From a virus (Duplodnaviria > Caudoviricetes): a DNA stretch of 33,515 nucleotides. Below the pieces are notes generated by a model. That model did no database searches, was not told the DNA's origin, and saw nothing but the letters and a program-made list of their open reading frames with translations. Shown here piece by piece: positions 18,455 through 28,006 of this stretch (position 1 is its first letter; every line of letters starts with the position of its first letter). Where the stretch lies: the IMG/VR virus record IMGVR_UViG_3300017565_000035, positions 1 to 33,515 of that record; one strand, written 5' to 3'. Made by a program: the position numbers and the translations under genes.

Positions 18455-19624
18455 CTAGGCTCTCATGCGCCTAAGCTCCTTGCGGATGGAATCTTCGATG
18501 CTTTCACCGCTTGCGGCTACCGAATCGACATCCTCCGACACGGAGCCGGGCGATGATTTGATGGATTTGGTGGAGCCGCCGAAGTCATTGTCAGCGCGGC
18601 GATCAGAAGCAGGCTCGTCGGTGGTCGCTGGCCCGGCATTGGAGGCGGGATTTATCCGCACAGCCATGTCGTAAGCCGCAGCGAGCCGTTCGGACGGGCT
18701 CAGGCTTTGGGGAATCTTACCAGATGCGAGAAAAAACGCAATATCCGGTTCGAGTTCCTTATATCTGGGATTTTTCGCAGCAAAGGGCTCGATGATCTCG
18801 CGCGCTGCGCCCTGCGCCTGCATCTGCGCGATCTGGCGCTTGAGCGCGTTGATCTCATCGTTACCCTGCGCCTGCTGCTGTTGCTGGGCGCCGCGCTGGA
18901 CGATCTGCTGATAGCCCTGCTGGCCCTGCTGGGCGATATAGGACGCTACCTCGATCATGCTCAGAGGCTGTCCGTCCGCTTTCCGGGGCCCGACCTCGGC
19001 GAGGATGGCATTGAGCGCAGCAATGGGGTTCTGCTGCATCATGTTCTCGATCTGGTTCAGCTTGGTCAGGCTCTCTTTGAGATCGCGACCATTGCTTTTG
19101 GCCAGCTCGTCGAACTCGCGCAGATCGTCATAGCGCTTGTAGGATTCCTGCGCCTGCTCCGCTTCGGCAATGACGCGGTTGACCTCCGCCTTCACCTCGT
19201 TGGGGGTATTACGCCATAGCTCCTTGGCTCGCGGCAGGAAGTTGGCGGGCGCGTCGGGATGGCGGGACTTGCCTTCCTTGGCGTCATCCTGCTTGACCTT
19301 GGCGTCGTCGGTGGCTTCGGCCTTCGCCTCGCCATCTTTCTCCTTGTCCGCTTCCCGCTTGTCAGGCTCCTTCTGCTCGACCTTGGCGGCGTCCGGCTTA
19401 TCGCCGGACTTGTCATCGTCGGCCTTTGCCTTGTCATCACCGGCCTTCGGATCGGCCTTCGCCTCGTCCTTGGGGCCATCCTTGCCCGCGTCCATCTCCT
19501 TCAAGGCTGCGTCCAGATCGTCGCGCGTGGTCGGGATGGTCGTCGGCTCAGCGATCTTCGGGACGCCTGCTCCGCCAGCACTCGGGCCGGGATCGGTGTC
19601 AATCGTGGTCGAAACTTCGGTCAT
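18455..19624 (-). CDS. Scaffolding protein
   Basis: Asp/Lys-rich disordered N-terminus, coiled coils, C-terminal capsid-binding helix; GGAGG RBS. Confidence 0.85.
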   Translation of the reverse strand: MTEVSTTIDTDPGPSAGGAGVPKIAEPTTIPTTRDDLDAALKEMDAGKDGPKDEAKADPKAGDDKAKADDDKSGDKPDAAKVEQKEPDKREADKEKDGEAKAEATDDAKVKQDDAKEGKSRHPDAPANFLPRAKELWRNTPNEVKAEVNRVIAEAEQAQESYKRYDDLREFDELAKSNGRDLKESLTKLNQIENMMQQNPIAALNAILAEVGPRKADGQPLSMIEVASYIAQQGQQGYQQIVQRGAQQQQQAQGNDEINALKRQIAQMQAQGAAREIIEPFAAKNPRYKELEPDIAFFLASGKIPQSLSPSERLAAAYDMAVRINPASNAGPATTDEPASDRRADNDFGGSTKSIKSSPGSVSEDVDSVAASGESIEDSIRKELRRMRA

Positions 19625-19625
19625 G

Positions 19626-20006
19626 TCAGTCCTCCAGAATCACGGGTTGGGGGACGTTCCCATTCCGCACGTCCGCCATCGCAGCGCGAATGTCGTCCCG
19701 GCGCTGCTTCGGGTCATAGTCGTAGGTTTTGCTGGGCAGTTCTTCGTTGCGGCCAAGCTCGAAATAGCGCTCGCCCTTCGGGTTGCCCTCGGGGGTGAGG
19801 CTGTGTCGGTAGGACGCTAGGCTATCGTGCATCCGCCCGTCCGCGCCCCGCCGGGGGTCTATGCAGTCCGACACCACCAGCGGGGCCGAAACCAACCGAC
19901 GAGCGTCGGCCCCGCACGCGCAAGTCTGAGCGTCGTCAAACTGCGCGAGCGGGACAAAGCGCTCGAAGCGATGACCGGAGCCGCAGGCGAAGTCGTAGAG
20001 CGGCAT
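19626..20006 (-). CDS. FmdB-family zinc-ribbon protein
   Basis: MPLYDFACGSGHRFE...CACG...RRLVSAP. Confidence 0.85.
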   Translation of the reverse strand: MPLYDFACGSGHRFERFVPLAQFDDAQTCACGADARRLVSAPLVVSDCIDPRRGADGRMHDSLASYRHSLTPEGNPKGERYFELGRNEELPSKTYDYDPKQRRDDIRAAMADVRNGNVPQPVILED

Positions 20007-20245
20007 CAGAATGCTACGTCCTTTTGGAAGTCCCACCCTTCCTGCCAAGCGTCGCGAAGGGCGCCCTTGCCATGCGGCGCGTCCCGGCGGGCAATCGCAG
20101 AAAGCTGAGCGCGGCGGCCCTGATCGTATGCCGCCTGCTCCGCATCCGTTCGGGGCCTGGTCTCGGGCTCGCGTGGCGTGGCCTTCTTGACCAGAGCGGG
20201 CTTGCGGGGCGCCTTCTTGGCTGGCGCTGCCCTCTTCGCGGTCAT
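20006..20245 (-). CDS. Small basic protein with RMF (ribosome modulation factor)-like C-terminal motif
   Basis: AYDQGRRA...PH...AWQEGW resembles the RMF pattern; Lys/Ala/Pro-rich N-terminus. Confidence 0.65.
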   Translation of the reverse strand: MTAKRAAPAKKAPRKPALVKKATPREPETRPRTDAEQAAYDQGRRAQLSAIARRDAPHGKGALRDAWQEGWDFQKDVAF

Positions 20246-20448
20246 GCCGCCGGGATCGCCGCGCCGATGGCGTCAGCGAATGCCTGCAAGGTGCCGCCAG
20301 CGAAATCGAAGTTCGCCTCGTCCACAGCCGCGACCGTCACAGAGGTTGCCGGGAGCGTGGCCCCTGCCGCCGCAGCGATCTGCGCTGCCACTTCCGCAGC
20401 CAGTTCGGGCACCATGCCCAATTCGATCAGTCGTCGTGCGTCTGCCAT
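20242..20448 (-). CDS. Small virion-associated hypothetical protein
   Basis: AGGAGA RBS; starts MADARRLIELGMVPELA. Confidence 0.7.
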   Translation of the reverse strand: MADARRLIELGMVPELAAEVAAQIAAAAGATLPATSVTVAAVDEANFDFAGGTLQAFADAIGAAIPAA

Positions 20449-20459
20449 TTCTACTCTCC

Positions 20460-20660
20460 TTATGCGGTAGTGATTCCGGTGATTTCGCCGTCCGCGACCG
20501 TGAAGGTCACATCCTTGGCCACGCCATCGACGAGGATGTTCATCGTCTGCGCATTGCTGACGGCCACCGCGGTTCCGCCGACAAGAGTGACAGGCACACC
20601 CATTGCCGTTGGGGTAACGGGCGTGCCGGAATTGGTGATGGTGACGGGAATCCCGCTCAT
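20460..20660 (-). CDS. Small virion-associated hypothetical protein
   Basis: ATGA overlap with the portal gene; G(I/T/V)PVT repeats. Confidence 0.7.
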   Translation of the reverse strand: MSGIPVTITNSGTPVTPTAMGVPVTLVGGTAVAVSNAQTMNILVDGVAKDVTFTVADGEITGITTA

Positions 20661-23014
20661 TGCTGCGCTCCCTGCTGTTCGCTGAATTGCTGCTGGCGAT
20701 CCGCCCGATCTTCGCCCCGGTCGGCTCGCGCTTCCCCTCGCTCACGGAAGTCCCGTTCGGTCGCGGCGCTATCGGCCGCCATGGCTTGATCGACCTGGCG
20801 CGCCTGCGCCTGCTCTGCCGCCTGATATTCGGTGAGTTGCTGCTTGCGCTCGTCGAGTCCGATGGAGGCAAGAATCTTCGCCGTCTCGGCCGTCAGCTTG
20901 TTGATCTCGGCCTGCTGCTTTTCGCCCTTCTGCGCCATGTCGGCGAGTTGGAGGCGCAGCTTCTCGTTTTCCTGCTGGGCCTTGACCGCATCGCCCTGTG
21001 CCTTGGCCTGTAGCTCACCAACCCTGGTCTGCAATTCGGCCTGTTTCAGTTGGGCATCTGCCTGCACCTTGGCCATCGCGGCTTGAGCCTTCGCCATCTC
21101 AGCTTCCGCGAGCTTGCTCTGGGCGGCGATCAGTTCCTCGCTCTCGCCCTGCTGCCCGGCAGCGTTGGCGGCCATCTGCGGAGCCTGGTCGATGAACTCC
21201 TCGATCGCCCCGTCCAGCTCACGTCCGGCCCGATAGGGAGCGAGAACGAATTTCATCATGGCCCCTGCCAATTTGGCGCCAGCCTCGCCCATTCCGGCCA
21301 AGCCCATCAACGATTGAGAGGCGGTCGCAAATTCCGCCATGAACTCGTTGCGCGACTGCTTTTCCTGCAATTCGTCTGTCAGGATCGTGCTGCTGCTCTC
21401 GATCTCGAAGATGAAGTTGCGCGCTCGGTCATCGCGCAGGAGGGCGACCACATCTTCAATGGCTACCTGCTGCTCGGCCTGCTGGAGCATCGGCCCATAT
21501 TTCGCGAGGATTTGCTGTTGCGCCTGCTGGACCGCCTGCTGTGCCTGAGCGGGGTCCTGCATCTGTCCCGCCGTCTGCTGAGCCTTCTTGCCAAGCTCCT
21601 TAATCTCGGCCTCGGCCGCTTCCTCGATCTTCGCGATGCGCTTCCTGATCTCGGCCCGCGATGGGATTTCCATCTGCGACATGTCGAGCATCTGCTGTTG
21701 CGGGAATTTCTCGGCAATTATCTCTGCCGCGATCTTCACTGCATCGGCCGCAACGCGCTGCAATTCAGCGCTCTTTTCGCGAACGCGCACAGACCCGTAT
21801 TGCGACTTGAGCTGTTGCGCCCCAAGCGTCTCGTCGGGGTCGGTCGCGCCCCGCATGATGTCGGCGATGCCAGAAAGCTCGTAGAAGTTCTGGATCAGGG
21901 TCGCGCGGGCTTCGATAAGACCCTGAATGGCCTGCGCCAGCTCGTTGAGCGGCAGCCATGCGACAAATCCTTCTGCCCCCTGCTGCATCGCCGCCTGAGG
22001 GACGGGAACCAACATGCTGTCGTCTATGTCGGAGCGAATAAGCTGCTCGACCGCATCGCCCACGTCTCCGCCTGCGGGAATGAGACCCTTCATCCGCACC
22101 TTGTCGAGTAGCGAATAGATGCGGCGGGTCAGTTCGCTGATCTTGCTGAAATGAACCGAATAGCGCTGCCAGTCGGGAACGGGGATCAGGCTGCGGCGAC
22201 GCAGGGTCGCGAACGCCGGCTTCGGACAGGGGAAGAACCCAGCGAGGTCCAGATGCGGCTCGCCGCTGTCGAGCAGAACGTCAACGCCTTCGGTGACCCA
22301 GAAGACCTTACCCTCAGCCTTGTGCCAGACTTCCCACACCTTGGCTTTCGGTGTGTTGGCTCGCGTCTCCCGGTCGTAATCCTCGCGCTCGCGGCGCTTG
22401 GTGAAATTCGCATCCTGATACGCATCACCGCTGGACTTGCGGAAGCGCTGGCGCATCTCGCGCTTGGTCATCCACGACGCCCCGGCGACCCAGCCCACTT
22501 CGCACCACTTGCGTGCGGGTTCGTGCAGGAAGTCGAGCCGGTCCTTATGCTCGACGCAAATCTCATGCTCGCCGTTTTCGACCTCATGGCGAACCCACAG
22601 AGCCCCGCGTCCCGCGAAGAGGAGATCATCGCGAGCCTGTATCATCACGTCGTTGATGTCGGTGCGCTTGAAGACCGATACCGCGCACCGCTCCAGCAAT
22701 TCGGCCGTAGTGCTGTTGACGGGTTTGCCGTCCTTGAACAGCGGGGCAACGACCGGCTGAGGGGGCCTCGCATAGATGGCGGGCTTCATCACCTCGAACG
22801 AAGCCCAGAACAGGTCCAGTTCGCTATCGCGCCAGTCGTAGCCATCGACGAAGGCCCGAAGGGTATCGCCCTCAAGGCTGTAGATTTCGTCGATGACCTG
22901 GCATGTCGTCTGCCACTCGCGAAAGCCGTCCTCAGCCTTGCGGATCGCTGACAGGATCGCCTTGGACGATTTCGGCTCGAGCCCGGTGAAGGTGTCGCCA
23001 TCTTCCTCGGTCAT
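20657..23014 (-). CDS. Portal protein (P22-like, with long C-terminal coiled-coil barrel)
   Basis: 785 aa after TerL; SGIADIMRGAT...ETLGAQQLKSQ; Gln/Ala-rich tail. Confidence 0.9.
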   Translation of the reverse strand: MTEEDGDTFTGLEPKSSKAILSAIRKAEDGFREWQTTCQVIDEIYSLEGDTLRAFVDGYDWRDSELDLFWASFEVMKPAIYARPPQPVVAPLFKDGKPVNSTTAELLERCAVSVFKRTDINDVMIQARDDLLFAGRGALWVRHEVENGEHEICVEHKDRLDFLHEPARKWCEVGWVAGASWMTKREMRQRFRKSSGDAYQDANFTKRREREDYDRETRANTPKAKVWEVWHKAEGKVFWVTEGVDVLLDSGEPHLDLAGFFPCPKPAFATLRRRSLIPVPDWQRYSVHFSKISELTRRIYSLLDKVRMKGLIPAGGDVGDAVEQLIRSDIDDSMLVPVPQAAMQQGAEGFVAWLPLNELAQAIQGLIEARATLIQNFYELSGIADIMRGATDPDETLGAQQLKSQYGSVRVREKSAELQRVAADAVKIAAEIIAEKFPQQQMLDMSQMEIPSRAEIRKRIAKIEEAAEAEIKELGKKAQQTAGQMQDPAQAQQAVQQAQQQILAKYGPMLQQAEQQVAIEDVVALLRDDRARNFIFEIESSSTILTDELQEKQSRNEFMAEFATASQSLMGLAGMGEAGAKLAGAMMKFVLAPYRAGRELDGAIEEFIDQAPQMAANAAGQQGESEELIAAQSKLAEAEMAKAQAAMAKVQADAQLKQAELQTRVGELQAKAQGDAVKAQQENEKLRLQLADMAQKGEKQQAEINKLTAETAKILASIGLDERKQQLTEYQAAEQAQARQVDQAMAADSAATERDFRERGEARADRGEDRADRQQQFSEQQGAQQ

Positions 23015-24477
23015 CGCCTCAGCCTCAGCGGGGGCGCGATTACGCCGTCAGAAACTACGCGCGGAGCCGTCACCGCTTTGGGGCGCTCGTCCTTCGGGCG
23101 GTCGCCCATCATCATGCGATCCAGAAGCTGGCCAACGAGCCCGAGCGCATCGACCTGATCGTCATGCACGCCGACGGGGAAGCTCATCAGTTCGGATTTG
23201 AAGTCGGAGAACCATTCCGCATTGCGAGGATAGCGGAGCCCCTGCATCGCCATGCGACCGCGGATGGACTGAGCCCGCACCGCCTTGTCGCCGCGCGTGG
23301 GGAACTGCTCGCGAACCGTATAGCTGCCCGTCTCCAGCATCTGCTTGATCAGGAACGGGCCAACCCCGCTCTTGATCTGGCCCGTTTCCTCGGCCCAGCC
23401 TATAGGGTGCCACTTGCGGACCAGCGCACAGAAGCTGTCCACCCAGACGTTCGACGCTGCCTGAGCGCGCCACAGGTCGAGCAGGTAGAGTTTTCCCTCG
23501 CTATCGACGCCGACAACGGCATGGACGGTATAGTCCCCGCCATCCGCCGTTACCGCATAGTCAGACCCGCCATAGATGGCGAGCTGGTCACGCGGGGGGA
23601 TATGGTCGACGGGGATCAGCCAGTCGGCTTTGAAATAATCACCCGTCTCGGGCGTGGGTCGCTGCTGGTAGAGCGCAGACCAGTCGCGCGGCGGGAGTGC
23701 GCGCTTGATGCGCTCCAACGCTTCAACCGGATATTGCTCGGGCCAGAGCGCCTCGCCGGCTTCATTGATGGCCGGCAGGTTGAGAACAGTCCAGTCCTCG
23801 TGCCCATGCTCGGCCTGCAACCAGCCCGATAAATCATCTTCATGCCAGCGCGTCTGAATGATGACGATCCGCCCGCCCGGCATCAGGCGCGTGTAGGCGG
23901 TGGACGTATACCAATCCTTGGTCTTCTTGCGGATGACCTCGGATTCCGCGTCCTCTCGGTTCTTTACCGGATCGTCGATCAGAAGGAGATGCGCGCCGCG
24001 TCCAGTCAGCGGGCCGCCGACGCCGACAGCGTAGAATGCGCCGCGCTGTGTCGTGGCGTGCTCGAAACCTCCGAGCCCCTGCCCCTCAATGTGAAAACGC
24101 TTGGCGCTCTTGCTGTCATCGGCCAAACCGACGCCGGGGAACACCTCCTGAAAGCTCGGGTCCTCGATCTGGTTCTTGACCTTGCGGCCGAAGTCGTCGG
24201 CAAGCTCTTGGGCATAGGTAGCCGTGACAACATAATGATCTGGGTTCCGACCCATATACCAAGCGGGGAAGAACTCGCTCGCCAGCATGGATTTGCCGTG
24301 GCGCGGCGGCATGGTGATCATCAGGCGCGTTATCTCGCCGCGCTCGACCATTTCGAGGTGACGGGCGATTTGGCGATGATGCGGGGCATCCGAATAACGC
24401 GGCCACTGGTAAGCCGCGTATGCGATGAGACGGGAGAACGCATAGTCCTCTGCTGTCAGAGCGAGGGCGGCACTCAT
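23011..24477 (-). CDS. terL: Terminase large subunit
   Basis: Walker A PPRHGKS, Walker B LLLIDD, QTRWH coupling motif, nuclease HDDQVDA. Confidence 0.97.
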   Translation of the reverse strand: MSAALALTAEDYAFSRLIAYAAYQWPRYSDAPHHRQIARHLEMVERGEITRLMITMPPRHGKSMLASEFFPAWYMGRNPDHYVVTATYAQELADDFGRKVKNQIEDPSFQEVFPGVGLADDSKSAKRFHIEGQGLGGFEHATTQRGAFYAVGVGGPLTGRGAHLLLIDDPVKNREDAESEVIRKKTKDWYTSTAYTRLMPGGRIVIIQTRWHEDDLSGWLQAEHGHEDWTVLNLPAINEAGEALWPEQYPVEALERIKRALPPRDWSALYQQRPTPETGDYFKADWLIPVDHIPPRDQLAIYGGSDYAVTADGGDYTVHAVVGVDSEGKLYLLDLWRAQAASNVWVDSFCALVRKWHPIGWAEETGQIKSGVGPFLIKQMLETGSYTVREQFPTRGDKAVRAQSIRGRMAMQGLRYPRNAEWFSDFKSELMSFPVGVHDDQVDALGLVGQLLDRMMMGDRPKDERPKAVTAPRVVSDGVIAPPLRLRR

Positions 24478-24851
24478 TGGTCAGCCCTCGTCGCAGCGGC
24501 TACAGCGGCGTCGCGCTGCTCCTTGGTCGTCGATTCAATCGCGCCGCTATGTTCCACCTCGCGCTTGTCTCGCCAGTCCTCAGGGCCAGCGTTCTTCAGT
24601 GCGAATATGGTTGAGGTTACGACCGGGCCTGCGTCTGCTGAGAGCAATCGTCGCTCAAGGAAAAGCTGCCGCTTGGCCTGTGCCAGCTTTACAGTGTCCG
24701 CAAATTCGGGATGGCGATCCATCCATTCGTAGACACGCTGGCGATGGATGCCGATCTCTGCTGCGCTCGCGGCAAGGGAAAGCCCGCTCGACATGAGCGA
24801 AAGGATTTCCTCGCCTAGCGTTGGCGTGAAGTCGGTTGGGCGGCCCGTCAT
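24474..24851 (-). CDS. terS: Terminase small subunit
   Basis: GRPT.F N-terminal HTH, YEW...HPEF, WRDKREVEHSG; ATGA overlap with terL. Confidence 0.9.
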   Translation of the reverse strand: MTGRPTDFTPTLGEEILSLMSSGLSLAASAAEIGIHRQRVYEWMDRHPEFADTVKLAQAKRQLFLERRLLSADAGPVVTSTIFALKNAGPEDWRDKREVEHSGAIESTTKEQRDAAVAAATRADQ

Positions 24852-24901
24852 AGGGCCACTCAGCTATAGGAAATTAACCCCAAGGTGCACGGGGTATTAA
24901 A

Positions 24902-25138
24902 TCAGCGCGCTGCCCTTATGTCCGATGGCTTCGCATCGCGTAGCCTCGTCCCGTCCTCGTCAATTTCGATCCAGCGCATGGGGCTGATGACTATTGGTCC
25001 CATGCGAAAATTGATCTCTTCCCCGTCTGGCATACGAAGAATCACGGGATGAGAGCAATCGGTGCGCGTGTATTCGGTCGTGAACCGACGCGAGCCTGTG
25101 TTTATGACGACCCCGCTGCGCTCAATGGTTTCGCTCAT
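24902..25138 (-). CDS. Hypothetical protein
   Basis: ATGA-coupled to the upstream HTH gene. Confidence 0.65.
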   Translation of the reverse strand: MSETIERSGVVINTGSRRFTTEYTRTDCSHPVILRMPDGEEINFRMGPIVISPMRWIEIDEDGTRLRDAKPSDIRAAR

Positions 25139-25341
25139 ATCGCACCCAACCTTTTCAAGTCCGTCACGATCCTACGCGCATCTCGGTAATCGTGCAATCC
25201 GCAGCGGCGCGCCAGTTCAGCCCACGATATGCGCTCGCCATCCCGCGCGGCGTCGATATATTCCTCAAGCACCTGCCGGCGCCTGTGGGTCATCTGGCCT
25301 CGGGGGCGGCCGCGTTGATTCATGGGACGAGCCTTCGTCAT
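25135..25341 (-). CDS. Small winged-HTH DNA-binding protein (possible late regulator)
   Basis: RGRPRG hook, then T.RRRQVL...ISWAELARRCGL...ARRIV..LKRLG. Confidence 0.7.
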   Translation of the reverse strand: MTKARPMNQRGRPRGQMTHRRRQVLEEYIDAARDGERISWAELARRCGLHDYRDARRIVTDLKRLGAI

Positions 25342-25405
25342 CCGAACAAGTCTCCGGTCTGGTTGAGGGGTGCGAGCTTGGCGATCTCGACACAGAAGCG
25401 ATCGG

Positions 25406-25693
25406 TCATTGGTCTCCCTTTCCAGATGCGCGGATCATGGCGCCCCAAACGTGACCCGGCAGACAGGATGCGCGGGTGGTGAAGTCGTCGGTGCAGGCCT
25501 CTGCCTCCAACATGCCAAGCTCCAGCATCTCGTCGGTCGGAGCCACCGGTACGATTGCGTAACCAGCATCAGCAATGGCGGTGAGAGCGGCTTGCGGGAT
25601 GCCGTGAATGTCGAACGCTTCGAGGCGCTCAGCGACTGCCCGCGCCACCGCTTCTACCAGCGTGTCGCTCGCTATGGTGTTGGGGGGATTCAT
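25406..25693 (-). CDS. Phage hypothetical protein
   Basis: VEAVARA...VP..PTDEM...WGAMI pattern; GGAGG RBS. Confidence 0.7.
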   Translation of the reverse strand: MNPPNTIASDTLVEAVARAVAERLEAFDIHGIPQAALTAIADAGYAIVPVAPTDEMLELGMLEAEACTDDFTTRASCLPGHVWGAMIRASGKGDQ

Positions 25694-25899
25694 GCCTTGG
25701 CCTCCCAATATTGGCCATCGGGGCCGCAGGTCTTGCGGAGCCATCCCCGCTCGCGCTCGTCACCGCATCGGCGCCACAGCACGGGAAGCCTGCCGGACAC
25801 CAAGTTCGGCACATCGCTTTTGGGCCTCAGGCAGCGACGACCGAAATAAATCATATTCTCCCCGCAGTGCTTGCAATCGACGCAGTATCGGGCGCTCAT
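25690..25899 (-). CDS. Cys-rich hypothetical protein
   Basis: CVDCKHC...C...C...CGPDGQYW; TGATG overlap. Confidence 0.7.
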   Translation of the reverse strand: MSARYCVDCKHCGENMIYFGRRCLRPKSDVPNLVSGRLPVLWRRCGDERERGWLRKTCGPDGQYWEAKA

Positions 25900-26063
25900 C
25901 AAACTTCCTTCCACTCGATGATGTCGAACGGCTCCCCGCGATCCGACCAGTTGAGTTGCTTCGGCGAGTATTCCCATTTGCTCTCGTCGCCGTTCCTAAA
26001 GCGGACCCTGACCTTGTCGGTGCGGGGTGGGCGCCAGTTGGTGGGGTGCCAGTCAGTCGGCAT
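25899..26063 (-). CDS. 54-aa hypothetical protein (MPTDWHPTNWRPPRTDKVRVRFRNG...FDIIEWKEV)
   Basis: Translated by hand; overlaps both neighbours; shares the VRF/H-R-G...W...DI pattern with 576-842. Confidence 0.65.
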   Translation of the reverse strand: MPTDWHPTNWRPPRTDKVRVRFRNGDESKWEYSPKQLNWSDRGEPFDIIEWKEV

Positions 26064-26487
26064 GTCCGGGGTGGCGGGTCAGTGCGCGGGTAGCGTCGCC
26101 TATCACCCGCGCTGCTTCGGGTGAGGCGAGCGCCTTGGCCTGGGGCTGGTTCGGCAATCGGCGTTCCAGCGGCTTGCCCATGCGCCAAGGCGTCGCGTCC
26201 TCCATGTATTTGATGACGTGGGGGATGATCTGCCCGTGATGCGTGCAGCGTTGGCGGGCGTCGGATAGCGCCGCTTCGGTGATCTTCTTGCCATAGCCAG
26301 CCAGTTCATTCGCCGCGACGGCAAGCCATTCCGCCGCCGCGTCCTCCGTCATCGACACGGGCCGAACCAAGGCGAGACAGGCCGAAAGCTGCGGCAACAA
26401 GCCCTCAGCCGAGGCCCATTCGTAGCCGCGCAAGCTCAGCTGCATCACGCGTTGATCCGCCTCGGTTAGATTGGTTTGGTCGTTCAC
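26053..26487 (-). CDS. Putative helicase loader / replication protein
   Basis: Follows and overlaps the initiator gene; helical W...A..EL...C pattern. Confidence 0.6.
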   Translation of the reverse strand: MNDQTNLTEADQRVMQLSLRGYEWASAEGLLPQLSACLALVRPVSMTEDAAAEWLAVAANELAGYGKKITEAALSDARQRCTHHGQIIPHVIKYMEDATPWRMGKPLERRLPNQPQAKALASPEAARVIGDATRALTRHPGHAD

Positions 26488-26959
26488 TTTTCAGGCTCCA
26501 GTCGTTTGCATTCGTCAGCCAAAATCGCCATGCCGCCTGCCAATCGAGCTTGGCGGCCTTCCGCCCGCTGGCGGATTTCCAGTAATCCTTGAATTTCGAC
26601 AGCTCGCGCTCGATCATGCCCACAGGCCACGCCGCCACCATCGCCGCGGTTTCGCCACTCAGGGGCTCAGGTTCCCAATCATCGGGCAATCGGTGTGCTT
26701 TGCCCCGCCGGGGCAAGGAAGCTTTAGCTTCCGAGGGTAAATCATCCGGGGGGTTAGAACCTTTATCATTGGGGGGGGTAACGCCGTTACTGTAACGCGT
26801 TACGTCGTCATCCTTCGCGGCTTTCCGCTTGGCCCGGTGGCGCGCTTGGCGCTCAGCATTGGTCGGGTCAGCCTTGCGCTCAGAAAGGCGCGCAAACTGG
26901 ATAATCTCGTCGAGCGAGAGGCCCTTGTCGGCCAAGAAGGCGAGCGCGTCCGAGTTCAT
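26405..26959 (-). CDS. Phage replication initiator (O-like, with DnaT-like C-terminal domain)
   Basis: NAERQARHR; RLPDDW.P; KFKDYW...K.DWQAAWRFW; internal palindromes. Confidence 0.8.
   Translation of the reverse strand: MNSDALAFLADKGLSLDEIIQFARLSERKADPTNAERQARHRAKRKAAKDDDVTRYSNGVTPPNDKGSNPPDDLPSEAKASLPRRGKAHRLPDDWEPEPLSGETAAMVAAWPVGMIERELSKFKDYWKSASGRKAAKLDWQAAWRFWLTNANDWSLKSERPNQSNRGGSTRDAAELARLRMGLG
26778..26803. repeat. Tandem palindromes GTAACG(C)CGTTAC; probable origin iterons inside the initiator gene
   Basis: GTAACGCCGTTAC-T-GTAACGCGTTAC next to G-runs, in the linker-coding region. Confidence 0.55.
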
Positions 26960-27414
26960 TATCCTCGGCGCTCCGCTTGGTATTCAGCCCATGCGATGTC
27001 GTGCGAATATGTTGAGAATGGCAGCCCTACGGCGCTTTCAAAATAGGCCTGCTCCTGATCCGCCCACTGCGGCGGAATGTTGGTCTCGTCGAGCACGATC
27101 GCATAAAGCGATTCCCAAAGCTCCTTCCGGGTGGACTGACGCATCCCATAGGTTTCACCGGTCAAGTCGCTGACCAAATCGAGTAGCTTGAAATCGAGAT
27201 TGAACCATTCTCCGTGCAGACGGAGGGGCGCGAAGACCTCATGCAGGCACCTTTCCAAATCGCCCTCATCTTCGACCCACGCGTAGACCTGCAGCGGAAA
27301 CGGAGAGCCAGTCTGGAGAGCGGATAGGCGGTTCAGCACGCCACTATTCGTGCGGCCGATCTTGACGCGTCCAAGGCGCCAGTCGGAAGGGCCGATGAAA
27401 TATACCTCTCTCAT
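26959..27414 (-). CDS. GIY-YIG (T5orf172/MUG113-like) domain protein
   Basis: VYFI...VKIGRT...RL..LQTGSPFPL...E..LH..F...RLHGEWF. Confidence 0.88.
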   Translation of the reverse strand: MREVYFIGPSDWRLGRVKIGRTNSGVLNRLSALQTGSPFPLQVYAWVEDEGDLERCLHEVFAPLRLHGEWFNLDFKLLDLVSDLTGETYGMRQSTRKELWESLYAIVLDETNIPPQWADQEQAYFESAVGLPFSTYSHDIAWAEYQAERRG

Positions 27415-27761
27415 TCGACCTCCACGATCACGGCCCCACCCTTGATCGGGTCGGCGAAATGATATTCAGGCCGCAGCAGACGATCGTTGATGCCGAGCGC
27501 ATCGCACATGCCGTCGCGCCCGCTCTTGAAGCTGGCGATCATGTTGTCGTCGTCCCGGTGGCGGCGGTCTGGCGGACAGAAGGTGATCTTCACCGGCAGC
27601 GGGCAACCGGGCGACGGACGCCAGTGCCGGGCCGAGGCCAGGTATCCCTTGGTCAGCATGAAGCAGTCGAGCCGGTAGCGCTGCTTCGGCTCCAGCTTCC
27701 GCGCCCAATGCGAGCGGTTGTTCGGCGACAGGATCGAAGGAGGCCAGGGCAAGGTTATCAT
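27411..27761 (-). CDS. rusA: RusA-like Holliday junction resolvase
   Basis: LPWPPS..N; PPDRRHRDDDN..K...DG..DALG.ND. Confidence 0.88.
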   Translation of the reverse strand: MITLPWPPSILSPNNRSHWARKLEPKQRYRLDCFMLTKGYLASARHWRPSPGCPLPVKITFCPPDRRHRDDDNMIASFKSGRDGMCDALGINDRLLRPEYHFADPIKGGAVIVEVE

Positions 27762-28006
27762 GCCGTCCTCCGCAGAGCGTGAAGCACTGTAGTATGGTCA
27801 CGGTTGAGTATGATCCCGATGGCCGAAAGCGACAGTCCGCGGTCTCGGAGCATCCTCATCGCCTCCCAGCGGGCGCGCACGATGTAGGCGCGTCGGCTGG
27901 GGCCGCGAAGATCGTCGACGGTCAGGCGCCGGCATTTGGCGACCGTCTGCAAAACCTCGTTGGGCGGGATATTGCTATACCAACCTGGCCTCATCGCGCC
28001 TGCCAC
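27758..28006 (-). CDS. DnaA C-terminal (domain IV)-like HTH protein
   Basis: DLRG.SR...VRAR..AM...LS.IG..LNRDHTTVLHA. Confidence 0.88.
   Translation of the reverse strand: MAGAMRPGWYSNIPPNEVLQTVAKCRRLTVDDLRGPSRRAYIVRARWEAMRMLRDRGLSLSAIGIILNRDHTTVLHALRRTA

Noticed and set aside
20449-20871. Upstream extension of ORF 20242-20871, a possible portal frameshift product
   Set aside because: No slippery site seen; the downstream ATG at 20448 has its own strong RBS.
24874-24900. CtrA box
   Set aside because: The TTAA half-sites are 19 bp apart, not the canonical 7.
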